Shown: positions 38,699 to 50,723 of the stretch, one piece after another | How positions within the stretch are numbered: position 1 is the stretch's first letter | Layout: the number at the start of each line of letters is the position of its first letter | Origin: Ramazzottius varieornatus | Lineage: Eukaryota > Animalia > Tardigrada | Reading direction: 5' to 3' | Assembly: GCA_001949185.1 (NCBI GenBank) | Contig: BDGG01000002.1 | Location: 5,632,448-5,696,447 of the forward strand | DNA: 64,000 nt | Position numbers and translations under genes: made by a program | The notes under the pieces: generated by a model | Databases searched by the model: none | Seen by the model: only the letters and a program-made list of their open reading frames with translations | What the model was told of the DNA's origin: nothing

Positions 38699-38704
38699 TT
38701 TTTT
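38699..38704 (+). terminator. RNA polymerase III terminator (T6) of tRNA-His
   Basis: TTTTTT lies directly after the discriminator base. Confidence 0.85.
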
Positions 38705-39226
38705 GCCTGTTTCCACATGTTGCTAAGATAGATTTATTGAGCCTCGACAACCTAGTCGACGGCTTCCTCGATCGTCAGAGGATAACGAAACATAAAAACA
38801 CAGTACTATCAGCTTTAACATGTGAGCATTCTTTCCTTGAATTGTGAGGAAATCCACCCACGTAACTGTATTTCTGGAGAGAGTTTGGGCGAAGTTTCAA
38901 AACAGCTGTCAAGTCAGCGAAGACACATAGCGAGCCAGAACCAAGCACAAAATATCGTAGTACTGCGAATATCGTAGTACTTCGGATCCTGACGGTAGTA
39001 ACACAAATCTTGTAAAACAGGTTAAAGAAGTTAAACTCAACTTCGTTCTAAATTCTTCGTTGGACGGAGAAGAGCGTAAAACTCGTAAGAAGATGGAATA
39101 ACACTAATACATAAAAGCCCACGTAAAAGTGCTGGTAACTGCAGCTTTATTTAGTACATCCTCTGGAACTTCTGGGCCAAAAAGACCCTCACATTCTCCA
39201 ATCAAATACACGAATTTCCTACTGGA

Positions 39227-42200
39227 CTATTTCTTTTTGCCTCTGCCTCGAGTCGGAGCGGTTTTGCCAGGAGGGGAAGTTTTAGCAGCCGCAGCTTTTC
39301 CTCGGCTGCTTGCCGCCTTGGTGCCTCCACCTCGACTGGTAGATGCACCTGCGGCCTTGGCTCCCCGCTTGGCTGGAGCCTTCTTGGCCTTGATCATTGC
39401 ATCCTTCTCCACACCTTCATCCTCCTCTCCTTCGTCTTCTTCAGGTAGTGCCAACGCAGCTGCGTCTTCTTCACCCATCAGATCCCGTTCTGCATCTGTT
39501 GCCTTCGCGCGGCCCTTCTTCACGTCGGATGCTGCGTACGGACTCAGATGGTCACTCTTGTTCAGCGTACGAGTCAACGCGGCTTTCACCTGTGAACAGC
39601 AACGATCAGATTCACCATCTGTGTCACCATCCGACTGAACTTCGAAGAAAAGTAAAGGCTTACCGCCGGCTGGACATTTTCCAATGGGTTCTTCATACCC
39701 GTCCACGTTGTGACATCAAGAATGGGTTCCATGTCTTCCCGTAGCAGGTCGTAGGAGTTCACGAAGGCAGCCACGTCGTCGATACCTTCCGCTCCCTTAG
39801 AAGCCAGAGGGGCCGTCAGCGAACGCCGCATCACCGGCAAGTAGTCCAGTATCAGACCTGTTGCATTGGTCGTAACCCTGTAAGAAGAAGCAACATAGGC
39901 GCACAACTGGACAAGGGCTGAAAACTTGGAAGAAAGAAGTGCTTACTTCAGGTGCATGTGTGTGATGAGATCCTGAACGATGCGCTTGTTCTTGTTGGTG
40001 GAAGAGTTCTTTCCGAGCCATGCGGGAAAATCAATTTTTCCTCCCATATGACCACGCATGATATTTCCAGGAAGAACTGCGGTGAAAACAGCCTATTGGG
40101 AGAAACACAAACTTACCTGACGAAACATGGTAGTCAAAATGTTTTAAGCTTACATGAATAGGGAGAAGAGACCAGTTCTGCCGACCGCGGATTTCGCGGT
40201 CAATCAGATCCGAAAGTGACAAACTGTCCGCCGTTCTGCTGATTCTGTCCAAAACCTCGTACTTATCCTTAACCCCATGAATGTTAACACTCAGGTAGTT
40301 CTCTTGAACGAACAGTGGTACAAAGTTATAGTCCTCGAAGTACAGGTCACTCTTTTCAATCACAGCTGAACCAGGAAGGTGTCCCTTGGGTGGTTGGAAC
40401 ATCTCTCTGACGGCGTCGAAAGGTCCCACTTTTATGCTATCCTTCTCAGCTGTCGCTGACTGCACTTTAGCTTCGTCGAACGATATGGACTTCTTGTTGA
40501 CAGTCCACATGTACAGGTTGTGAAGCGTCTGACGCAGGTCTTGGTGGGCTCCTTCGATAACGGCGTCCAAGGCGTTCGGCGTGATCTTGATTCCTTCCTT
40601 GTAGCACACCGCCATCATGGCAGCCTAATTAACAGATGACACACAATATGGTTGGAATTAGTCCAGCTTTCACCGAATAATGGGACTAGAGTATAGTTTC
40701 CTATGCATCTATCAAAGCATGCCGTACCCGGATAGTTTCGACGCGGGGTCGGGAGAAGCGCAAATCATAGCAGTAACCAGCCAACGTTCGCATCTTTTGG
40801 CTGCTTCGATCGTTGCAGATGCAGATGACGGGCATCTTCGCGCTCTTAATCAACTGGATTACTTCCTAAAGAATAAAAAACAACACAGCATTTACAGTAA
40901 GTAGTTAGTGACTGTGGTTGTGGGATGGTGCTTTACCGCTATTCCACCTCTGTCTTCGTTGCCGGCCATACCGTCGACTTCGTCCATGATCAGCGCGCTC
41001 TTCTCTTTAGTAGAATTCGGCTTGTCGTTGGGCGACATGTACTCCAGCAGCGAATGGCTTTGAACGCCACTTCCCAGCGTCTGTTCCAAAAGCTTCTTCG
41101 ACCGACTGTCAGAAGCATTCATATGAACAAAGTTAAAGCCACTTTCTTTGCAGGCTAGCGTTGCGGTTGTCGTCTTTCCCAGTCCAGGCGGACCAGAGAG
41201 CAAACAGGCCTTGAACTGGGATCCGTCACCTGCCCCAGGGGCGCCGAAAAACCCTAAATGCAATAAGATTGATGGTCGAAGAAACGTTTGCATCTTTCCT
41301 GAATTAAGTTTGAATATGTATGGATTCTTACCTGCAGTTGTAGCTTTGAAACCGTGCTTTCGTCGACTTTCATCCCAGTTCTGTAGCCAGTTCAGAAGCT
41401 TGTGGGCGGGACTAGCTGCGCCATTCTGACCAACCACGTTCTTCAGAGTCTTTGGCTGGTACTTGTCCACCCAGAGCAAAAAGTTCTGCGGATGCGAAGA
41501 AGGCGGCGAACCACCGCTGGAAGTACTTGGTACTTGAGATACTGCGGCCGTGAAACTGGAAGCAGAGGACTTATCCGAAGGCTTTATGGAAGACGCATGA
41601 GCTACGAAACGTAGACAAAGTTCAACAGCGTTGCACGAAGTTTGAGGAGAAACATTTTGATCGACTTACCCGCAGTAGACTGTGGTGTTTTTTTAGTCGG
41701 AGGTTCGCCGAAGAAGACGGACTTGCCAGTATCTTTTGCGGATGGCTTGGCAGGAGAAGCGACTTCTTTTGTTGGTTTCTTGGTGGGCGAAGGAACGTTT
41801 GTCTTTGTCTTCTTCGGAGGCGGGGTGACTTCGTCTTCCGAATCATCCAACACCTGCGAAAATGCATGATATTACCCAAATAGATAAACGGTCTATGGAG
41901 AACTACTAGGGTATGGAGTACCGAGTACGTACAATTTCCACTGGAGCCTTGGATGATTTTGATGAGGTAGCTTTTGAGTTCTTTGACGGAGTGGCCGGAG
42001 CTGCGGCTGGTTTCGACTTCTTCTTCGCTGCTTTTCGGATGAGCTCGAACAAGCCATTCTCATCAATGGTCTTCGTTCCGAGTTCTTTCGCCTATAGCAC
42101 AACTATGGCATTGTAATCCGCTCTATCGCGTTGAAATGATGAAACGAAATAGTCTTCCAGGTAGAAGCTCAAATAAGGAACCTTTTGAAAGGGACTCACC

Positions 42201-42913
42201 TTCTTGGTCTTTGATTCGCCTGGCTCCAGCCCTGTCAGCAGATACGCAGTCTTCTTCGAGACACCGGTCTTTACACCACCTCCATGTCTTTTGATGAGGT
42301 TTTCCGCGTCTTCTCGGGTAATGCTATCCAGTACGCCCGTGATAACGAAGTCCAGTCCTTCCAAGCAATCTTCTGGCCCCTTAATAAACATGCAGAACAT
42401 GGATTACAAAGTGGAATTGATAGAACAGAACTAACCGACTCACTTCCGGTAGCTCCTTCGATCCCAAATGTGGTGGAACATCGGGGCGAGCTCCTTTATT
42501 GAACCAGAATGGCTTCTTCGTCTTGACTGCCGAAGCAGCAGGTTTATCATCCCATTCGTCGTCATTTGCTGCCTATAGATGCTAAAACTAGCTATATCGT
42601 GGTAATTCAAAGGAACGGGAATATCAACCCACACGAAACGCGAATGTGTCTTACCTTTTTGGCTTTCTTGGCGGAGGTACTTGGTTTGGTGGACGACGAA
42701 TCATCAGTTGGACCTAAATGCAGGGATGCAGACTAGACCACTGCAAATTTCTTCACTTGATCTACTGGTATAACCATACGTCCAGAACCCGCTAAAATCA
42801 GCGGGAAGATCGCTTACGTTTCTTCGTGGATGTGCTCGTAGGCTTCCCCTGCAAACGGCCACGCTATTAATGGTCGTCTAAAATGGTTGGACATAACAAG
42901 CTGCTCTTACCAT
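39227..42913 (-). CDS. RFC1: Replication factor C large subunit
   Basis: BRCT domain (CLEGLDFVITGVLDSITREDAENLIKRHGG), LWVDKYQP, Walker A GPPGLGKTT, MNASDSRS, Walker B LIMDEVDGM, QNWSLLP, and C-terminal VKAALTR. The first coding exon appears to be only ATG (42913-42911). Confidence 0.95.
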
Positions 42914-43811
42914 TCTTGCTCTTCTCGTTCACTGTCTGCACTCGTGTTTGGAGCAGGCACTTAGATCTTTGCAGATAAGCGACGTCCAGAAGAGCAGGAG
43001 TGTAGACGAAAACTTCCGCCGAAGACCGCGGCGATCGAGTTGCAGTGCGTCGCACGGCGGCAGCTACCAGATGATCGAATATCCAAGCCTTTGCGCCAGT
43101 CGAACCAACTACCACAAGCTACAAAAGCGCAAAGAAAATTCCTGGGAGAGTGGGAGAGGTTGGAAGACGAAGCCTGATAAAAGGTTGAAAATGGGAACTG
43201 ACTGAGCTACTACCAGAACTGAAGGCCGCACTTATGCAAGAAAATCGTCAATGGGAAAACAAGAGCTGGTTACTGTGTTTTCGGTTGATTCTTGATCATT
43301 TTATGTACGGTATTCAGTCAGTTTTTTCACATCGTGACGACGTCAGGACCAGAAGTCGTACATTAGTGCTGCCTCGCCTCGGTCAACTGACGCACACTCT
43401 TGCCGCTGAACTTGCTGAGGTTCCCAAAATCCCCGCTCATCTTGCTGCTCACTGATCGAAAACAAAACACTTTATTTCAACTGAATGATACACATCGTGC
43501 TGTTCGTGTGCGTACAAAATTCACAGCTTTAACATTAATTATTTGCCAGTGCGGCAATGTCAAACTCTACTTCCGCCTCATATCCGATTAGTGAGTTTAT
43601 AGGGGAATGAACAAACCACATAGTATTATTTTTTTCGGGATAAGCCATAAGCGACGAGCAGTTTATTAGAACTAATCAATAGAGAATAATTCCACAAGCG
43701 GGTTTCTGTTTTGGATAAAACAGGAAAGTAGGTGAACTATCGCAGCATCGAGAGTAACCCATAGCACCACACAACCCCATCTGTCATAAACTGTCATGGC
43801 CGCTTCTTCGC

Positions 43812-45434
43812 TTAGTGCTGAGTCCACTTTATCGACTTCAGGTCGATTCCCTCTGTAAAACAGAAAACCCTGCAGCTAAGCCATACGACACATGAAACTA
43901 ATGATGATCTGGTACCTTTGACCATTTCCCACAATGGACTCATCTCCCTCAAGTTCTCCACCATTCTCACGGTCTTCCCCACAGTATAAAGAACTTCCTC
44001 CTCCGTCGTGAACCTACCCAGCCCAAACCTTATCGATGAATGAGCCAAATCCTCTTCGGCTCCAATGGCTCTCAGTACGTAACTTGGTTCCAACGACGCT
44101 GAAGTGCACGCACTACCGGAAGACACTGCAATATCTTTCAGTCCCATCAACAAACTCTCGCCTTCTACACAAGAAAACGATATGTTCACACAACCCGGAT
44201 ACGAGTTCTTCGGATCCCCGTTCCTGACGAGCTTCGGTATTGCTTCTGACAAGCTGTCCACGAGGAGGTTCGACAGGTACGTGATCCTCTTATGATCATT
44301 CTAACAAAGACGAAACAATTGCCGTATAGTCTCGACCATCGCATGCCAGTTCCACAAGAGTACTCACCGCCATTTCATCCTTCGCTATCTGACATGCCGC
44401 TCCCATACCCACGACCAACGGAGTCGGGACTGTTCCACTGCGAAGTCCCCGTTCCTGTCCACCTCCGCTAATGATCGGTTCCAAGCGAACTCGGGGACGA
44501 CGTCTGACGTACAAAGCACCCACACCTTTAGGTCCATAAATTTTATGGCCACTAATGGATAGAAGGTCGATGTTCATAGTGTTCACATCTACAGGAATCT
44601 TTCCCACAGCTTGCGCAGCGTCGGTATGGAAGAAGACCTTCCTCGAGCGACATAGAGCACCTATTTCTTTCACGGGCTGTATCACACCGATCTCGTTATT
44701 CACGAACATGACGGAAACCAGCGCAGTATCGGGCCTGATTGCTTGCTCGAGTGTTTTTATATCCACGAGACCGGACGGCATTACTGGTAGATATGTTACA
44801 TCGAACCCTTCGCCTTCCAGTGCTCTGCACGAATCCAGTACACACTTATGTTCCTGCAATTCACAACACCATCGTCAGTACAGCTCACATAAATACAAAA
44901 TGATTCCCTGCGTACTGTTTGCAGCGTTATGATGTGTTTCTTCTTGGACTTGTAGAATCTAGCGACGCCTTTGATAGCCAAGTTGTTGGATTCCGTCGCT
45001 CCACTCGTATATATGATTTCTTTTGCATCCGCACCGATCAAGGTGGCTACTTGTCCTCGCGCGGCTTCCATAGCTATCTCGCTCTCCCATCCGTAGGCAT
45101 GACTGCGGGAATGAGGATTACCAAACTGCGTGATGAAGTACGGCAACATGGCATCGAGTACTCGCGGATCCATGGGGGAAGTCGCCTGTTGATCTAGGTA
45201 GAGTGGTCGGACATCGGGTAACTTCTGCTCGATCTTCTTGTACACATACTTGTCCGTCGTCTGAGGGACGTTGCCAATGGTCTGCTCAAACCTTGTACTT
45301 GTTGCTTCGTTATCCGTCCGTACGGTTTCAGGATCATACTTTGGTGCTGCGCGCTGGGAGACCAGTGAGCTCGCGCTAAGACTTCGAGAGGTACAGGAAC
45401 GAATGGGCCCTATTGCTCGGCTGATCCCCTTCAT
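43812..45434 (-). CDS. NFS1: Mitochondrial cysteine desulfurase
   Basis: [36 protein letters not shown] lysine in [10 protein letters not shown], catalytic SSGSACTS, and C-terminal IKWTQH. The N-terminus is an Arg/Ser-rich presequence. Confidence 0.96.
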
Positions 45435-45943
45435 CGTGATGTCCAAGTGATCCGACTGCCTACAAAAAACTGGTTAGTAAGACTGTAAGCGATTAGAGTC
45501 CCGATGCGGCGATGGGAAGACGGTCAAGACAAAAACCTAAACAATTAAGATCCTAATTATTTTCCATAGGCAAATAACGAATAACGATAAGCAATCGCGC
45601 ACATGACCCATATTGCGAAACAACCGTGTACGATATACCATCCAGCACGTTACAGACTTGTACGACCGTCATCGCACAGTACACTGTGATGTCTACTGTG
45701 ACATCATACCTATCTTCGCCTTTGGCTGCTAACTGCAAAGGGAGGCAGGGCCTGGGCCGCATGCTGGAGTTCTGGTGATGCAAATCTGGGCGAACCATTT
45801 CATCGGAGTGTGATTTCATACCTTGGCGAGCACAGGCTTCTGGAGGACACCTCTTCCTGATCTTTGCTGTTGGATCCCAGTAGAGGAAGGCTGATCTCCC
45901 CTGTCTGGTCACCAGCATTCTTGTGACACGAATCGTCAACAAA
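45435..45943. promoter_or_regulatory. Putative bidirectional promoter between NFS1 and SLC25A3
   Basis: Head-to-head ATGs ~510 bp apart. An NFS1 5'UTR intron (acceptor ~45460, donor candidates ~45709 and ~45821) takes up much of the gap. Confidence 0.55.
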
Positions 45944-48073
45944 ATGTCGGATTCTCCGGTGAACTGCTTGACTGCTGGCCGCACCGCCGCCCGGGAGTCT
46001 GTCAAGGTTGGAAACTTCAGTCTCCTCAACAAATTTGGTAAGAATAGATCCCTTTTCACCATTTGGAATGTTGAGTGTTAACGAGCAGGCATCTATGCAG
46101 CTCTGTGCGAATCGCCCAGAACGAAGGATTTCGAACGAGCATCCGGACAAGGACATGGACCTTCACCTGGCCACGGTAAGATACCTCATAGTCGTCATAA
46201 CTATATCCGCCTTCCTCGCCTTATTTAGAGTTGGGCATGTGGTATGGACTGTATTTCTTCTTTGTAGCCATGAGCAAACCTGGTGAGGTTGAGTTTGCCA
46301 GTAACAAGTATTATGCGCTATGCGGCTTGGGGGGTATCCTCAGCTGTGGTATCACCCACACCGCCATCGTACCTCTGGACTTGGTGAAATGCCGGATTCA
46401 GGTAAATTGCCACTTGTCAGCTTTCTTCTCTTTCCGTAGCGGTTGTGTCATGGGGATATGAACGTTTGCCTTTTGTAGGTCAATCCCGGAAAATATCAAG
46501 GTGTGTTCCAAGGATTCAGCATATCCATGAAAGAAGATGGACTCCGAGGTCTGGGTCGAGGATGGGCACCCACCTTGATTGGCTACTCTGCACAAGGAAT
46601 GTTCAAGTTTGGACTTTACGAATGGTTCAAAGTGCAGTACCACCACATGCTTGGAGACGTAAGTGACCCTATCGCTCTACCTGTTCTAGAAGTACGATAT
46701 GCTAATCAGGTTGGTTTTTAAGGAAGCAGCTTTCATCTACCGAACATGGATGTACCTGGCTGCCTCGGCATCGGCTGAGTTCTTCGCCGATATCGCTCTA
46801 GCTCCTATGGAAGCCGTCAAAGTCAGAATGCAGACGCAAGCTGGCTGGTCAGCCACTCTTCGAGATGGGTTCCCCCGTATTTTGAGGGAAGAGGGAATTG
46901 CCGGGTTAGTCAGTGCTTACCGTAATAATAATTCCTTTTGAATTTACGGAATTTATGATGATAACCTAGAAGCCTTTATGACTGGTGTTAATGATGCTCA
47001 ATGATAGGCCTGATAATTTCCACAAAATATCGTTAGGACATTTCCATAGCGGTGTAGCAGAACCATTTCTGATGACCGGTTTTCGGTTACAGATTTTATA
47101 AGGGCTTGGTACCGCTGTGGATGAGACAAATCCCTTACACCATGATGAAGTTTGCCTGTTTCGAGAAGACAGTAGAACTTCTTTACAAGCACGTTGTGCC
47201 TAAGCCCCGAGCAGAATGTTCGAAGGGAGAGCAGCTTTTGGTCACTTTTGCAGCTGGTTATATCGGTAAGTCCTGATCTCTTTTTGAAGCTTTCATTTGG
47301 GTTACCTTTATGATGATAACAAACGAGCCTTTTATGTATGAGAATCGCTGATCTTTAATGATAGGTCTGACAACTTTAGTTGTGATCCCTCATTGTGCCA
47401 TGGTAGTTAGTGTGCTTTACTTACGGGTCGTGTTCCTTTGCAGCCGGTGTTTTCTGCGCTATCGTTTCACATCCTGCCGATACCGTTGTGTCCAAGTTGA
47501 ACAACGCAAAGGGAAGTACTGCTCTGGACGTCGCAAAAAGCCTAGGTTTCGCCGGGTACGTGCTCGAATCTCTTGCTATAACACAGGAAACCTATCCCAA
47601 ATCTAGAAAATGATTAGTATTCACGCTAATTAACCTTTCTCCGCGTGTCGCCATTTAGCCTTCGGGCTAGTGTTGATTCCCTTGTGGCAGGAAGGGAGTC
47701 ATGTGTGATAAATTAAAATATCAAGACCGTTTCCTGCGATAGTAACTTGTGCGGTCAGCAGGCAGATAATCTTGAAACAAGTAGCACTATACACTAGTAA
47801 CGGAACTTGTGTTTCTTCTAGTATGTGGAAAGGACTGACGCCACGTATCATCATGATTGGTACCTTGACTGCCCTACAGTGGTTCATCTACGACGCTGTC
47901 AAAGTTACCTTCCAGTAAATACTCCTGCTGTTGTCAAAGTGTAACGTATGGTCGTGTTCGAACCATGTCTGCTAACACGGTGATGTCCTTTTAGTTTGCC
48001 TCGTCCACCGCCACCGGAAGCTCCCGAGTCCTTGAAGCTGAAGTGGGCAGCACAAGGGAAGATTGTTCAATAA
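45944..48073 (+). CDS. SLC25A3: Mitochondrial phosphate carrier
   Basis: GGILSCGITHTAIVPLDLVKCRIQ, GWAPTLIGYSAQGMFKFGLYE, SASAEFFADIALAPMEAVKVRMQ, PLWMRQIPYTMMKFACFE, HPADTVVSKLN, IIMIGTLTALQWFIYD, LPRPPPPE. About 10 exons. Confidence 0.96.
46950..47020 (+). ncRNA. Intronic box C/D snoRNA candidate 1 (SLC25A3 intron)
   Basis: Box C ATGATGA at 46955-46961, D'-like ATGA at 46978-46981, C'-like ATGATGC at 46991-46997, box D CTGA at 47010-47013. Flanking GGAATT/AATTTCC can pair. The element CAATGATAGG is antisense to conserved LSU rRNA. Box D is ~79 nt from the 3' splice site. Confidence 0.75.
47305..47375 (+). ncRNA. Intronic box C/D snoRNA candidate 2 (paralog of candidate 1)
   Basis: Box C ATGATGA at 47310-47316 and box D CTGA at 47367-47370. 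It shares ATGATGATAAC, AGCCTTT and AATGATAGG-Y-CTGA with candidate 1. Box D is ~73 nt from the 3' splice site. Confidence 0.75.
47618..47782 (+). ncRNA. Intronic box H/ACA snoRNA candidate (SNORA53-like position)
   Basis: Hairpin 1 (TCACGC/GTGTGA lower stem, CCTTTCT/GGAAGG upper stem, inserted TAGCC-TTCG-GGCTA hairpin), H box AAATTA at 47710-47715, hairpin 2 (TCAAGA/TCTTGA and CCTGC/GCAGG), ACA at 47777-47779. Both boxes lie 14 nt from their pocket. Confidence 0.75.
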
Positions 48074-48612
48074 GAAAGATTTTTCTGTACCGCTTTCACG
48101 ATTTATTTATTGGTCTGCGTGTTGCTGATTATAGTCTACTCATATCCTTGGCCATTTTGTCTGGTGTTCAGTTTGTAGTCTTGAGGGTGTCATTTGTGTG
48201 GGGCTTGTACTATTTCATGCCTGTGGCTATGCTGAGTGCTTATGTCCACCTCGGTAGCGTTTGATACAGACCACTTCGAAGTTTTGCAAGAGTGGCAAGA
48301 AATATTTTCGCTGGAATACTAACGATCAGCTTGAATTCGCAAATTGAATCGACGTTTTACACCACTATTGATTTCAAGCCGGGAATATTCCACACGTGCC
48401 TAAGCGACGCAACCTTGAACGAAGCAACGGCAAAGTCGCGAAAAACCAAGACAAAGTAAGTAAGGGTCTACGGAAACAACAATTCGCCATAGCGGAATCT
48501 CCAAAGGATCAAACCGGAATAAATTAACAGATATAACACGTAAACGACACAGCCATAGATCTCTGACACGTGAAACTGAAAAAGACAACTCGCAAAAAAC
48601 CGTTATACTCAT

Positions 48613-50723
48613 CTAGTTCTGTCTTATGTTCAAACACTGACGAACAGCGCTAACAACGTCGTGTGCTTGAGGAAGTGCCATTGCTTCGAGACCTTTGGCG
48701 TACGGCATGGGAACGTCGGCTCCGGTTACTCGTAGAATGGGTGCATCCAGGTAGTTGAAAGCTTCACCTGTGACAAGGAAACTTGGGGTTGAGGGGCTAG
48801 ACGATCGAAACTTGATAAGAAGTTAGCTTTCTCGAGAACACTCACCCTCGACTATCGAAGCACTGATTTCAGATCCTATGCCGCAAACTGGCCATCCTTG
48901 CTCAACGGTTATCAGATGATTCGTCTTCTTCACAGACTGGATGATTGTATCGAGATCGATTGGTCTCAACGACCGGAGATTTATAACCTGCCGGAATACA
49001 ACAAAGTTTGCCGACGTCCGAGATGGCTCCTCGTACAAACCTTTTATAGTTACCTCAGCATCGACGTTCAGCTTCTGAAGTTCCTTCGCAGCTTCGATGC
49101 AGGTCTGTACTCCTCGAGAGTATGAAACCAGAGTAACATTCTTGCCTACAATGCGAAAGAGAATGTCACGCATAATGATTCTAGAGATCCGTGAATCAGT
49201 CACACAATTTCACCTTGCTTCTCGACCTTGGCTTTGCCAATAGGTATTAAGAACTCCTTGTCCATGGCCTCTCCGCTGATGTCGAACGGTAGACCGTATA
49301 GAATTTCGTTCTCGAGGAAAACAACTGCGACGAAGAAGGACTCGATAAAAATGTAACCAAATATATCAATTATTATATTTTTATCATCCATTTCTGACTG
49401 ACAAAGATATTCACAAAGAAGGCACATATTGCAAAACGAAAACTCACCTGGAGCATCGTCCCGAATAGCCGACTTCAGAAGACCACGAGCATCTTCGGAG
49501 CTGTAGGGTGCAACAACTTTTAGACCCGGACATTGAGCGTACCATGGTCCAAAATCCTGCGAGTGCTGAGCCGCCACACCGGCGGCAGCTCCGTTTGGTC
49601 CACGGAATACTATCGGAACTTTCACCTACAGAAAGCGAGGTTTACTCATCTTCACCTGCTCTGGATAGGACATCGAATAGGTTCTACTTTCGGGTTGCAC
49701 TTACAAGACCGGCAGACATGTAGAGAGTTTTGGCTGCCGAGTTGATGATGTGATCGATTGCTTGCATCGCAAAATTCCATGTCATAAATTCGCATACAGG
49801 TCTCAAACCCGCCTGTAGTTTTAAGTGGCAGTTAGGGATAAGCGCAACACCCTAAGACCCCCACCGCGCAGCTGCTTACCATTGCGGCTCCCACAGCCAC
49901 TCCAGCGAACCCCATCTACAAAAACATCACCGTCTGGTAGCGAATAACGGACGTTAGTCTGACAGAGCGTACCTCGGTAATCGGAGTGTCGATGACCCTC
50001 TCATCACCATACTTCTTCCATAGATTTTTCGTGACCTGTGAGAACAGCATTCAAATGACGTGTAAAGATGGTTGTAAGGATGGTTCTCGCAAGTCACATG
50101 ACTTTTCGATCCGCCAATCTCATCTCTGCTACAAATACTGCTTCGGGGAGTGCGGAAGTCATGGAGCAGCTCCATGCACGTACCTTGTAAGCTCCATCAT
50201 ACTGAGCTACTTCCTCTCCTAATATGAAAACTCGCTCGTCTCGAGCTAGTTCCTCGTCCAGCGCGGAGTTCAGAGCATCTCGAACATTCAACTACCAAGA
50301 AACCGAAGTCATCGTTAATGAGTTAAACGGGCAATACCGACCTGTTTCCGAAATCATTTCGTCCATGACATTCCGAGTACAGCACCCATCCGCAGCTTTC
50401 CGTAGAGATGTCTACGAGTCAGACGCCGCGTAAAGACATGGGACGCGAATACCTGCTTGTTTCCGGAAGCTTGGGCTGCTGCTGCAGCGGCGGATATCTT
50501 CGTTAAGTTATAGTTTCTTGTGTGGACGATCGACTGCGCAACCTGAAACATTCAACCCATGATTCGCAACCGATTTCCGTCCTCTGCAGCTTCACAGATC
50601 GACGCACGCAAACCATATGCTACACCACAAAATCGAAAGCCACTCCACGGAATCCACGTAATAAGATACTCGGATATAATTACAACTCACCTTCGATACC
50701 CCCAGCCTTCCAGCAAAAGCCAT
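48613..50723 (-). CDS. PDHB: Pyruvate dehydrogenase E1 beta subunit, mitochondrial
   Basis: [108 protein letters not shown]. Confidence 0.96.

Noticed and set aside
38951-38983. 17-bp tandem duplication AATATCGTAGTACT(G/T)CG, and short microsatellites (TACG at ~30643, TGAA at ~34588)
   Set aside because: Two-copy or very short local repeats with no further structure.
47659-47712. Possible alternative terminal exon inside the SLC25A3 intron
   Set aside because: It would truncate the carrier, and the H/ACA snoRNA structure explains the sequence better.
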